From a virus: 64,000 bases of DNA. The translations under genes and the position numbers were made by a program. The notes under the pieces are model-generated. The model worked only from the letters and a program-made list of their open reading frames with translations, was not told the DNA's origin and did no database searches. The DNA is taken from positions 96,001-160,000 of IMG/VR virus record IMGVR_UViG_3300043449_000492. One strand, given 5' to 3'. Below are positions 53,867 through 63,502 of the stretch, piece after piece; position 1 is the stretch's first letter; each line of letters begins with the position of its first letter.

Positions 53867-55104
53867 TTAGACTTACACAATATCTCAATGAAGCTGCGGC
53901 TGAAAAAGACCGTCACCTCACACATATTGAGGATGCTGTTCTAGAAGGCGGTGTTGCTGGAACTCGTAATGCTATTGAGTTTCTTCGCTCTCTCCGAGAC
54001 ATGTTTGCTGATGATGGTCAAACATTATCGGAAGCAAGAGGTGGACTTATTCTAAGAACCAAGTTCGATGGTGCGCCTGCTATCTATGCAGGTATCAATC
54101 CAGAGAATGGCAAGTTCTTTGTCGGCTCTAAGTCTATCTTTGCTAAGAATGCCAAACTCAATTATACGGAAGCTGACATTCGTGCTAATCATGCTGGAGG
54201 TCTTGCTGATAAACTATCACAAGCACTCAAGTATCTACCAGCACTTGGTATTCAAGGTATTGTGCATGGCGACTTCATGTTCTCTAAGTCTGATCTTAGT
54301 CCTCAGACAATCGACGGAAAAAGATATATCACCTTTCGTCCAAACACAATCACATATGCTGTGCCAGAAGGAACTCCACTGGCTAATCAAATCAAAGCTG
54401 CACAGATCGGTATTGTCTTTCATACAACATATACTGGTAAGACGATGCAGACTCTATCAACTCACTTTGACATTGATATTTCTGCTTTTAGAAAGTCTAG
54501 AAATGTTTGGTTCAGAACAAATAGATTACTAGACGTTACATCTGCTGCAAGACTATCGCCAGCAGAGAATAAGAGACTAACCGACATTCTATCACAAGCA
54601 GGTTCTTTGTTTAGAACTATTCCAGCCTCATTGCTCAACCAAATTGCATCAAACGAGACATATCGTATTCCTATTATGACTTATATGAATCAAAAGGTTC
54701 GTTCTGGTGAGCATATGGGTTCTAACTTCTCTAAAGAGGTAATGGATTTCGTTGCTGCTAAATACAATAAGACTATTAATGACGCTAAACGTCCTGATAC
54801 TAAAGCAAATCGTAGAAAAGAAAAAGATGCAGTCATGCGTTGGTTTCATAACAATCAAGCAGGACTAAGATTAATCTATCAATTGCAAAATCTCTTGATT
54901 GATGCTAAGCTGCTTTTGATTAGAAAGTTTAATCAGGTTAATGACATTGGAACTTTTCTACACACACCTTCAGGCGGTTATAAAGTAACAACCCCTGAGG
55001 GATATGTTGCTGCTTGGTCATCTGGTGGTGATGCAGTAAAGCTAGTCGACCGCATGGAGTTTAGTCGAGCAAACTTCCTAGCCACAAAGAACTGGGGAAA
55101 GTAA
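53854..55104 (+). CDS. Conserved T4-like phage protein with nucleic-acid-ligase (nucleotidyltransferase) motifs
   Basis: HLTHIED, TKFDGAPA (KxDG), HGDFMF, PEGYV, VKLVDR.EFS.ANF; N-terminal YLNE. Confidence 0.65.
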   Translation: MVRLIRLTQYLNEAAAEKDRHLTHIEDAVLEGGVAGTRNAIEFLRSLRDMFADDGQTLSEARGGLILRTKFDGAPAIYAGINPENGKFFVGSKSIFAKNAKLNYTEADIRANHAGGLADKLSQALKYLPALGIQGIVHGDFMFSKSDLSPQTIDGKRYITFRPNTITYAVPEGTPLANQIKAAQIGIVFHTTYTGKTMQTLSTHFDIDISAFRKSRNVWFRTNRLLDVTSAARLSPAENKRLTDILSQAGSLFRTIPASLLNQIASNETYRIPIMTYMNQKVRSGEHMGSNFSKEVMDFVAAKYNKTINDAKRPDTKANRRKEKDAVMRWFHNNQAGLRLIYQLQNLLIDAKLLLIRKFNQVNDIGTFLHTPSGGYKVTTPEGYVAAWSSGGDAVKLVDRMEFSRANFLATKNWGK

Positions 55105-55215
55105 ATGAAAGTCAAAGAGCATTGTGGTTGTGAGACTGGTCATCCAGAGACTAAGCCCGTGCCTATTATTCAGACAATCAAGAAGATTGTTAAGGCTGCA
55201 AGAAAGAAAAAGACT

Positions 55216-55223
55216 TATAAATA
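55216..55223 (+). promoter_or_regulatory. T4-type late promoter TATAAATA
   Basis: Exact TATAAATA about 25 nt upstream of the 55249 ATG. Confidence 0.8.
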
Positions 55224-55248
55224 AACAATAAGATACCGCAGAGGTAAG

Positions 55249-57213
55249 ATGAAGAAAATTGTATTTACATTTGGACGTTATAATCCACCTACGATTGGGC
55301 ATGCAGAGTTAATCAACTACACAGTTAGACTAGCTCAAAAGCTTGGTGCCGAGCATCGTATCTATACTTCCCAATCACAAGACCCATCTAAGAATCCTTT
55401 ATCAGCAAGACAGAAGCTATCGTTTCTTCGTCAGATATTTCCTGGCGTTAACTTTGTAAACGATGCTTCGGCTAAATCTGCTTTTATCATTTGCAAGCAA
55501 CTAGCTGACGCTGGCTATGACGATGTTACATTCGTCGTAGGTGATGATCGTGTCGCAGAGTTTAAGACTGCTTTAAGCAAGTATGTCAAGCCTAAGACAG
55601 CAAAAGACTTCAATCCTAAGATTCATTATCCATTCAAGAAATTTCAGGTCGTTTCATCAGGCTCTCGTAAAAGAGGTGTGTCTGGAACGGATCTTCGTAA
55701 CTATATTCGTAAGGGAGACTTTGCTTCATTTGCCCGAGTCTCTGCAGCAAGAGATAAATCATTGGCGAAAAAGATTTTCGATACAACAAGAGCGCAGCTA
55801 AGAGAAGAATCACTTAACGAGGAAATGACTCGTAAGGATTTCGACTCACATCTTAAAAGTTTTATTGACTTTTCATGTGAGAAGCTTGGCATTCTAGAAA
55901 AGCCTAAGCTATCATATAAAGAACCAGACGAACAAGGAGAGCAGCCATCGTTTGCTGCATACTCACCTTCTGCAAAAGAAGTTATCATCATGACGAAGAA
56001 TCGTCATCCGATGGACGTTTTTAGATCAGTGGCTCATGAGCTAGTGCATCATAAGCAGAACGAAGACGGCAAGCTAAACGATGTTGCCAAAGAAGGTGCA
56101 ACAGGTTCACCAATAGAAGACGAAGCAAACTATATGGCTGGACGTATCATGCGTTGGTTTGGCAAAGCTAATCCACATATGTTTGGCAAGTCTCATATCA
56201 TCGAGCATAAAGCAATTATTCTTGCAGGCACACCAGGTTCTGGCAAGGATAAGATTCTTAAAGAAGCTATTCTGCCTCATGGATTTAATGAAGTATCTAC
56301 AGACACATTTGACGTTAAGAAAGTCAATGAGAATGTGGTTGTCAATGGTTCAGCAGGCTATGAGCGTATTCGTTTCATTAAAGAGCAGCTAGAGAATGCA
56401 GGCTATGAAACAATCATGGTCTTCGTTAATACAAGCAATGAAGTCTCCAAGCAGCGTAATGAAGCCAGAGCTGACAAGGGCGGAAGAGTTATTAATGAAG
56501 CAGTTCGTTTCACCAAGTGGAAGAATGCACAGGATAATCTTTCCAAGTATGATATGATATTTGAAAAAGTTATCGAGGTCAAGAATGATCTGGACCTTAA
56601 TCAAAGTGCAACGGTCATTAAAGAAACATATGACAAGCTAATGTCATCTGTCTCAAAAGAGATTGCGGAGTTTACTCTAGCTGAATCAGATCGTCAATTT
56701 GAGCAAATGCTAAACGAAGTTGGTGGCGCTGGTAACTTTGGCACAACGAAACTTGCAAATCGTTATAAGAAAGATACTCCTGGTCAAGAGCCAGGCAAGC
56801 GTCGTAAGATGGGCATTTACAAGCCGCAGGTTAAAGTCTTCGGCAATCTTCCTGGTATGGGTGATCGTCTTGGCCAGACATTTACATCGGCTAAGAATCC
56901 ATCATTTGTCGGTGACACATCTTCCGATCCAAATCCATTCATGAATATGTCCCCGATCGACCGCTGGATGGTCAAAGAAGAAACCCGAAAGAGATTTAAA
57001 CAGAAGTATGGAGAGCTAGCCGATCAAAAGATGAGGGAAACGGCTAATAGAATTAAAAGTGAAAGTTTGATTGACCCGTATATGGGGTCTATGGGTTCAA
57101 CACCCAATGCGTCGAACATTGATGATGTAAGACCTGATGTAAATGCGGAATTCGAGAAGATGAGCATTTTCAGAAAAGTCAAAGCTAGAAATAAGCTAAA
57201 TAACAAGAAGTAA
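55249..57213 (+). CDS. Multidomain protein: HIGH-type cytidylyltransferase, HEXXH peptidase-like domain, P-loop kinase
   Basis: FTFGRYNPPTIGH, VVGDDR, SGT.LR; AHELVHHKQ..E.EA; LAGTPGSGKD, MVFVNT...S..RN. Confidence 0.82.
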   Translation: MKKIVFTFGRYNPPTIGHAELINYTVRLAQKLGAEHRIYTSQSQDPSKNPLSARQKLSFLRQIFPGVNFVNDASAKSAFIICKQLADAGYDDVTFVVGDDRVAEFKTALSKYVKPKTAKDFNPKIHYPFKKFQVVSSGSRKRGVSGTDLRNYIRKGDFASFARVSAARDKSLAKKIFDTTRAQLREESLNEEMTRKDFDSHLKSFIDFSCEKLGILEKPKLSYKEPDEQGEQPSFAAYSPSAKEVIIMTKNRHPMDVFRSVAHELVHHKQNEDGKLNDVAKEGATGSPIEDEANYMAGRIMRWFGKANPHMFGKSHIIEHKAIILAGTPGSGKDKILKEAILPHGFNEVSTDTFDVKKVNENVVVNGSAGYERIRFIKEQLENAGYETIMVFVNTSNEVSKQRNEARADKGGRVINEAVRFTKWKNAQDNLSKYDMIFEKVIEVKNDLDLNQSATVIKETYDKLMSSVSKEIAEFTLAESDRQFEQMLNEVGGAGNFGTTKLANRYKKDTPGQEPGKRRKMGIYKPQVKVFGNLPGMGDRLGQTFTSAKNPSFVGDTSSDPNPFMNMSPIDRWMVKEETRKRFKQKYGELADQKMRETANRIKSESLIDPYMGSMGSTPNASNIDDVRPDVNAEFEKMSIFRKVKARNKLNNKK

Positions 57214-57242
57214 TTCAGTTTAACTTTTAAAAGGAATCAAAA

Positions 57243-59081
57243 ATGTTTTCAAATAGATTTAATACAAAGAATGATCCCATTCTTGAAGCCGTAGAAGGAG
57301 CCATGAAGGATGGCGAAGTTCGCCGTCAGGCCGAAGCACTCGTCAATGAGGAGTTCGGTGTATATTCACGCAAGGCAGTTGTTCGTGAACACCTTGCGGC
57401 ATATGATGCTCGCCTTGAGGAAGCATATAAGTGTATGAAGGAAGGTGATGATACTATACCAGGAAGAAAGTTGACTCCTGATGGAAAACTTCCTCCTGTT
57501 GGTAGAGGCATGTCATCAAAAGAAATAGATCCATATAAAGGAATGGATTTAACTACTAAGGGTGTTAAAGAAGAACTAGCTAAGAAGGACTATGACAAGG
57601 ACGGCAAGATTGAGTCACCAAAAGACGAAGTTTGGGGTTCTCGTCTTCGTGCCGCTAAGATGGCAGGCAAGCTTAAGGAAGAAGAACAGATTGACGAAGG
57701 TGCACACAAGGCACTAAAAGCAGCAGGCTTCACCGCTGGTCGTAAAGGATCTGATACAGGCTTTGGTCGTTCTTATTCTCATCCAAAGCATGGATCGGCT
57801 TATGTTGATGCTGATGGTTTTGCACACTTTGGTAGCGGTAAGAAAACTACTGTTACTCATGGTGCAAAAGATACTGCTGCACATCTTGGTAAGTTGAAAG
57901 AAGAACAGATTGATGAAGTCTCAAAGAAGACTGCCATTCGTGCCTATCGTGAGCGTGAATCGCAGCACAGAGGTGAATACAATCAGGGTTGGGGTAGTGA
58001 AGGACAGAATCCTAACGATGACTATGGTGAGCGTTCAGGTAAAAAGGCCTTAAAGACTCTTTCAAGAATTGGTAAAAAGTTTGGATCAAAAACAGCAGCA
58101 CAAGCAAAGCGTGGTGCCGAGGTAGATTCCTCTGGTAGAGGACATGGTGGAAAAAGTGATTATCTATCTGCTAAAGAGCGTGTGTATAGCAAGTTCTCTA
58201 AGCCTACATCTAAAAAGGGCACGAAAGAGAGAAAAGACTATATGTCAATGAATAAAGGCAGATTTGCTAAAGAAGATTACGAACTTGATGAAGCAGCATA
58301 CTCAGCAAAGGCTGGTCGTGCTGGTAAGGATCTAGGAAAGCCTGGCAAGTCATTCAAGAAGATTGCTGCTAAGGCTGGTGAACGCTACGGTTCAGAAGAA
58401 CGTGGTAAGAGAGTGGCTGGTGCTATTCTTAAGCGTATTCGTGCAAAGCATATGGAAGAGCAAGTAACCTTTATGCCATCAGCAGGAGCTAAGCCTAAAG
58501 TATCTGGATTTGGTGCTGAATTTGCCAAGCAGAGAGCATCAGGTGCAAAGACATTTTCTTATAACGGTAAGTCTTATTCAACCGCACTTAAGGGTTCTTC
58601 GGCACCTGCTTCTAAACCTGCTGCAACATCTACAGCCACAGATTCGGGTACTCGCACACCAGTAGCTGCAACAAAGACAAGCACAGGTATTAGCAAGTAT
58701 GGAACAGCAACAGGTAAAGACTTTGCTTCAATTGATAAGAAGTCTTCTGCAGTTCCAAATTCTCCAGCAAGACCAGTCGATAGAGAAACTACATCAGCAG
58801 GTCCAAACACGGGCGGCGAAAAGGGTATCACTAGCGGCAACACAGTTTCGCTTGATAGACCAACGCCAACAGATAAGCCAGCTACATCACCATCACTAGG
58901 CGTTTCAAAGGATAGCACTCCAGGCGGCGTCGATGCTTTCGAGAAGAAGGTAAATACTCCTTCAGCTCCTCCAGTAGCTACTAAGCCAAAGGGTGGAATG
59001 GTAACAGGCGGTACTTTTGAAGAATCTGTACAGCTTGGTGAATCAGTTCAAGTTGGAACAAGTAAGTATAGGATCGTTTAA
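57243..59081 (+). CDS. Putative internal virion polyprotein with repeated (L/I/V)xE processing motifs
   Basis: Basic low-complexity modules separated by LKEEEQIDE, LKEEQIDE, KEDYELDE; CTAAATA upstream. Confidence 0.65.
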   Translation: MFSNRFNTKNDPILEAVEGAMKDGEVRRQAEALVNEEFGVYSRKAVVREHLAAYDARLEEAYKCMKEGDDTIPGRKLTPDGKLPPVGRGMSSKEIDPYKGMDLTTKGVKEELAKKDYDKDGKIESPKDEVWGSRLRAAKMAGKLKEEEQIDEGAHKALKAAGFTAGRKGSDTGFGRSYSHPKHGSAYVDADGFAHFGSGKKTTVTHGAKDTAAHLGKLKEEQIDEVSKKTAIRAYRERESQHRGEYNQGWGSEGQNPNDDYGERSGKKALKTLSRIGKKFGSKTAAQAKRGAEVDSSGRGHGGKSDYLSAKERVYSKFSKPTSKKGTKERKDYMSMNKGRFAKEDYELDEAAYSAKAGRAGKDLGKPGKSFKKIAAKAGERYGSEERGKRVAGAILKRIRAKHMEEQVTFMPSAGAKPKVSGFGAEFAKQRASGAKTFSYNGKSYSTALKGSSAPASKPAATSTATDSGTRTPVAATKTSTGISKYGTATGKDFASIDKKSSAVPNSPARPVDRETTSAGPNTGGEKGITSGNTVSLDRPTPTDKPATSPSLGVSKDSTPGGVDAFEKKVNTPSAPPVATKPKGGMVTGGTFEESVQLGESVQVGTSKYRIV

Positions 59082-59308
59082 TGAAAAGAACGAAAATACA
59101 GAGAGGTGCCTTGCATAGAGGCCCAGCATCTTTAGCTGGCACCTCTCGTCATAGATATGCTGCTTCAAAGAAACTAGCTGAGGAAGCCAAAGAGGCAACC
59201 AAGCAGGTAGTTAATAAAGTGAACAAAACAAAGAAGCAGGGCGATGTTGTCGAGATTAATCCGGAGAAGGATATTCTTGGCAACGGGTTACAGCAACAAT
59301 CATCATAA
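59081..59308 (+). CDS. Small basic hypothetical protein
   Basis: Coupled ORF; LAEE, VEINP. Confidence 0.55.
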   Translation: MKRTKIQRGALHRGPASLAGTSRHRYAASKKLAEEAKEATKQVVNKVNKTKKQGDVVEINPEKDILGNGLQQQSS

Positions 59309-59323
59309 AGAAGGAAAACTAAA

Positions 59324-59938
59324 ATGCCACTATGGGGTAAAGTAGACAACGCTGCTAATTCAGACATTGCAGCAGTCATGCAAGTCAACAAGTCAATCAC
59401 ATCAGCGAATCAGACTTCGCTTTATAAGAATGTTACACCAGGCGATTTCTTCCCTAACGTCGCTATCGGACAGTTCGCTGCCGACGTTAACGAAGTAAGA
59501 GCTAATCCAACAATTCCACACGCTGGCTGGGTCCTTCGTAAAGAAGGCACAGGTCTTCGTGCTGGTCGTGTAACATACGAAGTTCTAGTTGCAGGTCGTT
59601 CAATCGGTTCACCAGACGGTACCGATGACACATATTTCCCAGATTATAGACTAGCAATCGGAACTCAGCCAGTAAGCACAAATGGTGCAGGCAACGTAAC
59701 ACTTTCAGTCGTTGCAACATCTACACCATCAGGTGCTACATTCACATATCTTTGGCAGCGTAATGCCGGCGGTGGATGGCTCACTGTTGCCAATACAGCT
59801 GGTCTATATTTCAACAATACATCACCAACTCTTACAGCAAATGCTGCAGTTGCAAATGCAAACACCTTCCGTGTTCTCGTTTCCGCAGCTGGTGCAAACA
59901 CAGTTACATCTGCAAACGCTATCGTAACAACACCATAA
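59324..59938 (+). CDS. Virion structural protein with C-terminal Ig-like domain
   Basis: MPLWG, HAGWV....GTG.R.GRV..EVLVA; TQP, LSV.A, TY.WQ, TS..A. Confidence 0.7.
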   Translation: MPLWGKVDNAANSDIAAVMQVNKSITSANQTSLYKNVTPGDFFPNVAIGQFAADVNEVRANPTIPHAGWVLRKEGTGLRAGRVTYEVLVAGRSIGSPDGTDDTYFPDYRLAIGTQPVSTNGAGNVTLSVVATSTPSGATFTYLWQRNAGGGWLTVANTAGLYFNNTSPTLTANAAVANANTFRVLVSAAGANTVTSANAIVTTP

Positions 59939-59949
59939 GGAGAGCTTAA

Positions 59950-61887
59950 ATGAAGACTTTCCTTGATTATCTAAATGAAGATGTTGTGCCTGCCGCTCTA
60001 GTAACGAATGGCACAATCTCTCTCGACAACGAAGACACAAGGGCCTCAGTTAATATGGCCCTTGCTAAAGTTACGGCAGATAGTTCTATTACACCATACA
60101 TTGCGTTGAATAGAATCTCTAAGGCTCTATCTTACTTCTCTATCATTCTACCCAAGAGAATTTATCTTGAAGGTGCAAAGGGTGTTGAAGTTCATGAGAT
60201 TCTTCAATTTGGTGACAAGATGGGCATGACTAACCAGGGTGAATTTATTCGTGACGTTCCTGGGAAGTTTTATCTATTCATGCAATATGGTATGAACTCT
60301 CCAATGGGTTATGGCGGCCAGCTTGCCTATCCTTCAATGGGCGGAACATTTAGAGTATTTGCTAAGGTTGTTGACAAAGAAGAACTTGATAAGCTTATAT
60401 CAATGGCAGAACTTGCGCTCGCCGAAGAGTGTGATGCAGAAATGCAGCAAAAGAGAGCAAAGATGCTTGCTCCTCATGATACGATGAATGATGTTACTTC
60501 TGATCCTAAGAAAGTCGGTAACAAGAAAGCCGTTGCTGATTCTAATAAAGGTATCAAGGAAGATGCAGGCGGTTTTATCAGAGGCTTGTTCACTGGAGGC
60601 AATGCTGATACTAATAAGAATAAAACACAGCAGGCCGTTCAAGATACTGCACAATCTACTGCTAATAAAGCATCTGGTGGTATGTTAGGTTCATTGACAG
60701 ATAAGCTATCTGTACCAGGAGCAAAAGCACAAACTGTTAAAGAAGAACAGATTGATGAACTATGGGAACCAATTACAGGTCATGCCAAGAAGGGATCAAA
60801 TGAACGTAAGCGTAAAGCAGTTCAGATGGCTCTTGGTAGAAAACACAAGGGCGAAGAAGGTTGGAATGATAAAATCAATCCACAAAATGCTGCCCTAAGA
60901 ATGGGTCGTGCCCTACAAAAGAAGGGTGTGACTAAAGAAGAAACCATCAACGAAATCTCTCAAAAACTTGCTCTAAAGGCAATGAAGGCGTCCGAAAAGC
61001 GTTCCGACGATGAGTGGGAAGCAGATGCGGCCTATGATCGTCTATCTGATTGGAAAACACATGATGCCCGTGCCCATCGTCTTCGTGGCCATATGAAAAG
61101 AAAGTTTGGCAAAAAAAAGATCAAGACTGATGGAGAAGATCACCTAAAAGACTATGATGGATATAGTGGTAGACAAGGCGTTCATACTGTAAACACACAC
61201 GGCAAGAGAGCAGGACTTCCTCCAAAGGAGCAAGTAAACCGTCTAAAGAATAACATTAGATATTCACTTGGAAAGCATCGTAAGCCAAATCTTCCTGAGG
61301 AAACACAGATTAATGAAGTTGGCGATACAACTCGTGGTAAACTTGCTCTAAAATCTTATGCTAGAAAAGCGGATAAGTGGGTTGATAAAGAAACTGGTAG
61401 ATTGTCATTAGATTATGATAAAAAACCAAGAGATATCGGCAAAGAACTAGATAAGATTGATAGACGCATTGGATACTCAAAAAAAGCAAAAAGAATGGCA
61501 GAAGAAACTCAGTTAGACGAACTAAGTCGTGGAACTGTTGCAAGATATAAGAAGGCAGCAGTTGACGACAAGAAGTCTGCCGAATCTTCTGCCGAGACTT
61601 CACACGCTCACAGAAAGAACCGTGCGCTTCCTCTAGCAAAGCGTAATGCTTTTCATGATGAAGAAAAGTGGCTAAAGGGCATTGCAAAGAAGCGTGAAAA
61701 AGGCATTGCAATGGCTGATAAGCGCCTTGAAGAAAAACTAACCAAGGGCATGTCTGCTGCTGATGTTATCCATGACTTCGTTCATTCTGATGATCCTAAG
61801 TTCAAGGGCAAGTCAGTCAAAGAAAGACAGAAGATGGCCCTAGGTGCTTATTACGGTATGCATCCGGAGAAGTCTAGTAAAGAATAA
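59950..61887 (+). CDS. Putative internal virion polyprotein with capsid-targeting sequence
   Basis: N-terminal MKTFLDYLNE; repeated EEQIDE/EETINE/EETQINE/EETQLDE; C-terminal I.DFVHSD.P.F.GKS..ER..MALGAYY. Confidence 0.7.
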   Translation: MKTFLDYLNEDVVPAALVTNGTISLDNEDTRASVNMALAKVTADSSITPYIALNRISKALSYFSIILPKRIYLEGAKGVEVHEILQFGDKMGMTNQGEFIRDVPGKFYLFMQYGMNSPMGYGGQLAYPSMGGTFRVFAKVVDKEELDKLISMAELALAEECDAEMQQKRAKMLAPHDTMNDVTSDPKKVGNKKAVADSNKGIKEDAGGFIRGLFTGGNADTNKNKTQQAVQDTAQSTANKASGGMLGSLTDKLSVPGAKAQTVKEEQIDELWEPITGHAKKGSNERKRKAVQMALGRKHKGEEGWNDKINPQNAALRMGRALQKKGVTKEETINEISQKLALKAMKASEKRSDDEWEADAAYDRLSDWKTHDARAHRLRGHMKRKFGKKKIKTDGEDHLKDYDGYSGRQGVHTVNTHGKRAGLPPKEQVNRLKNNIRYSLGKHRKPNLPEETQINEVGDTTRGKLALKSYARKADKWVDKETGRLSLDYDKKPRDIGKELDKIDRRIGYSKKAKRMAEETQLDELSRGTVARYKKAAVDDKKSAESSAETSHAHRKNRALPLAKRNAFHDEEKWLKGIAKKREKGIAMADKRLEEKLTKGMSAADVIHDFVHSDDPKFKGKSVKERQKMALGAYYGMHPEKSSKE

Positions 61888-61894
61888 ATAAAAA

Positions 61895-61950
61895 GTGCGG
61901 GCCACGATGTTACAGCATCTGCCCGCTCTATGTCTAATAAGGAGACACAG
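61895..61950 (+). promoter_or_regulatory. Structured leader with RBS-sequestering hairpin upstream of the homing endonuclease
   Basis: GCGGGC...GCCCGC stem, then TGTCT-AATAAGG-AGACA over the AGGAG RBS; ATAAATA late-type element just upstream. Confidence 0.6.
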
Positions 61951-61951
61951 C

Positions 61952-62512
61952 ATGTTCTATATTTATGCTTATCTTAGAGAAGATGGCACACCCTATTATA
62001 TTGGCAAAGGTAAGGGTGAACGATCAAACTATAAAAGCAAGAAGCATAGAATCAAAGTTCCTGATTTTGATAGAATAGTCATTATGGAATCTAATCTAAC
62101 AGAGATTGGAGCTTTTGCTCTAGAACGATTTTACATTCGTTGGTATGGTCGTAAAGATATCGGCACAGGTATTCTTCGTAATCTCACTGATGGAGGAGAC
62201 GGTGTCTCAGGTATCAGATTTTCTGATGAAACAAAAAAGAAAATGAGTGACGCTAGAAAAGGGAAATCTAGATCACCAGAAACAATAGAAAAGATTAGAA
62301 AATCGCATCTTGGTAAAAAGCATACCGACGAAACAAAGAAAAAGTTAAGTGAGAAGCGTTCAGGAGAAAAACGCAAACCTCTATCCGAAGAAACTAAGAG
62401 AAAAATTGGTGAAGCAAACCGTAGATGGATGACAGGAAGAGTAATGTCGGACGAAACTAAGAAAAAGATAAGTGAGACTATGAAAGTTGTTAGACGGCAA
62501 TGTTCGACTTAA
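61952..62512 (+). mobile_element. GIY-YIG-like homing endonuclease with NUMOD3 repeats
   Basis: [20 protein letters not shown]...[12 protein letters not shown], repeated S.ETK.K.S. Confidence 0.85.
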
Positions 62513-62886
62513 ACGACGAAAACTTCTATCTATATGCTGCAAAACATTATGAGTCTTCTCGTCTTATACAGCATGAACTGGATGAGGATCTCAAACATAT
62601 TAAATATATTAAAAGACTCCTGAGAAAGTATCGACAAACAGGTGAGTTTAAGGAACGTCTTATCCTCAATCATGTAATAATTCTTGCTAATGTTTTTGGT
62701 GTCGAAGCAACAGTCAATATGCTCTTTCTCAAGATTGACAATGAAGACTATCCCATTCTAAAGACCTTACTCATTTACCTAAACTATTTGCCAACACGAT
62801 TGAAACTTACATTCAATAAATATACCATAAGACAAGAAGAGATTCCTGTCGATCTAACTATCGCAGACATACTGAGGAACCTATGA
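62500..62886 (+). CDS. Conserved T4-like phage hypothetical protein
   Basis: L..ENF.LYAAKHY, KYIKRLL, ERLILNH.I.L.NVFG. Confidence 0.8.
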   Translation: MFDLNDENFYLYAAKHYESSRLIQHELDEDLKHIKYIKRLLRKYRQTGEFKERLILNHVIILANVFGVEATVNMLFLKIDNEDYPILKTLLIYLNYLPTRLKLTFNKYTIRQEEIPVDLTIADILRNL

Positions 62887-63500
62887 CTAAGACAATTATA
62901 GAATCATCAATAGGTAAGTTAACCAAGTATGTTGTGGACTCAGGACGCAATATGCAACATCAGTATGATAAGCGAAAAGAACTTAGAGACGCAGGCAAGC
63001 ACAAAGATCCTGAAATGGATAAGACAGACGACAATCTTAGAAAGCGTCAACGTGGTCTAAGTCTAGCTGCTAACGCAATTCATAGAAAAATAGATAACAA
63101 ACAAGTAAGAGAAGAGGCCGTTGTCAATAATGTAGGATCAGGCGCTATTGCTGGAGCAGGTATAGGTGCAATGGGCGAACCAGGTGTTTCTAAGAAAGCA
63201 CAAAGAAAGCATAACAAAAATCAGTCAACACCTACACCTGTTATTCTAAGTATGTTAAGACGCAAGGCTCCAAATGGTCTTGCTGAAGAAACATTTGCTG
63301 GCGCTACAGTATTTGAAGTATCATCAAAGATATTTCATAACCTCACACATGCCAAGCGTAAAGGTAAACATTGGAGAACATATCTTGATGAAGATGACTC
63401 CTATGCAGAGATTAGAGAATGGGCAAGAAAGAACAAAGGCCCGATTGTAGTTAGAAACGAATGCACAGGCGAAATGAGATACGTCAGATATAGGAGTTAA
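62883..63500 (+). CDS. Putative internal virion protein
   Basis: IIE, VREE and LAEE motifs; N.VG.G.IAG...GEPGV module. Confidence 0.6.
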   Translation: MTKTIIESSIGKLTKYVVDSGRNMQHQYDKRKELRDAGKHKDPEMDKTDDNLRKRQRGLSLAANAIHRKIDNKQVREEAVVNNVGSGAIAGAGIGAMGEPGVSKKAQRKHNKNQSTPTPVILSMLRRKAPNGLAEETFAGATVFEVSSKIFHNLTHAKRKGKHWRTYLDEDDSYAEIREWARKNKGPIVVRNECTGEMRYVRYRS

Positions 63501-63502
63501 GA

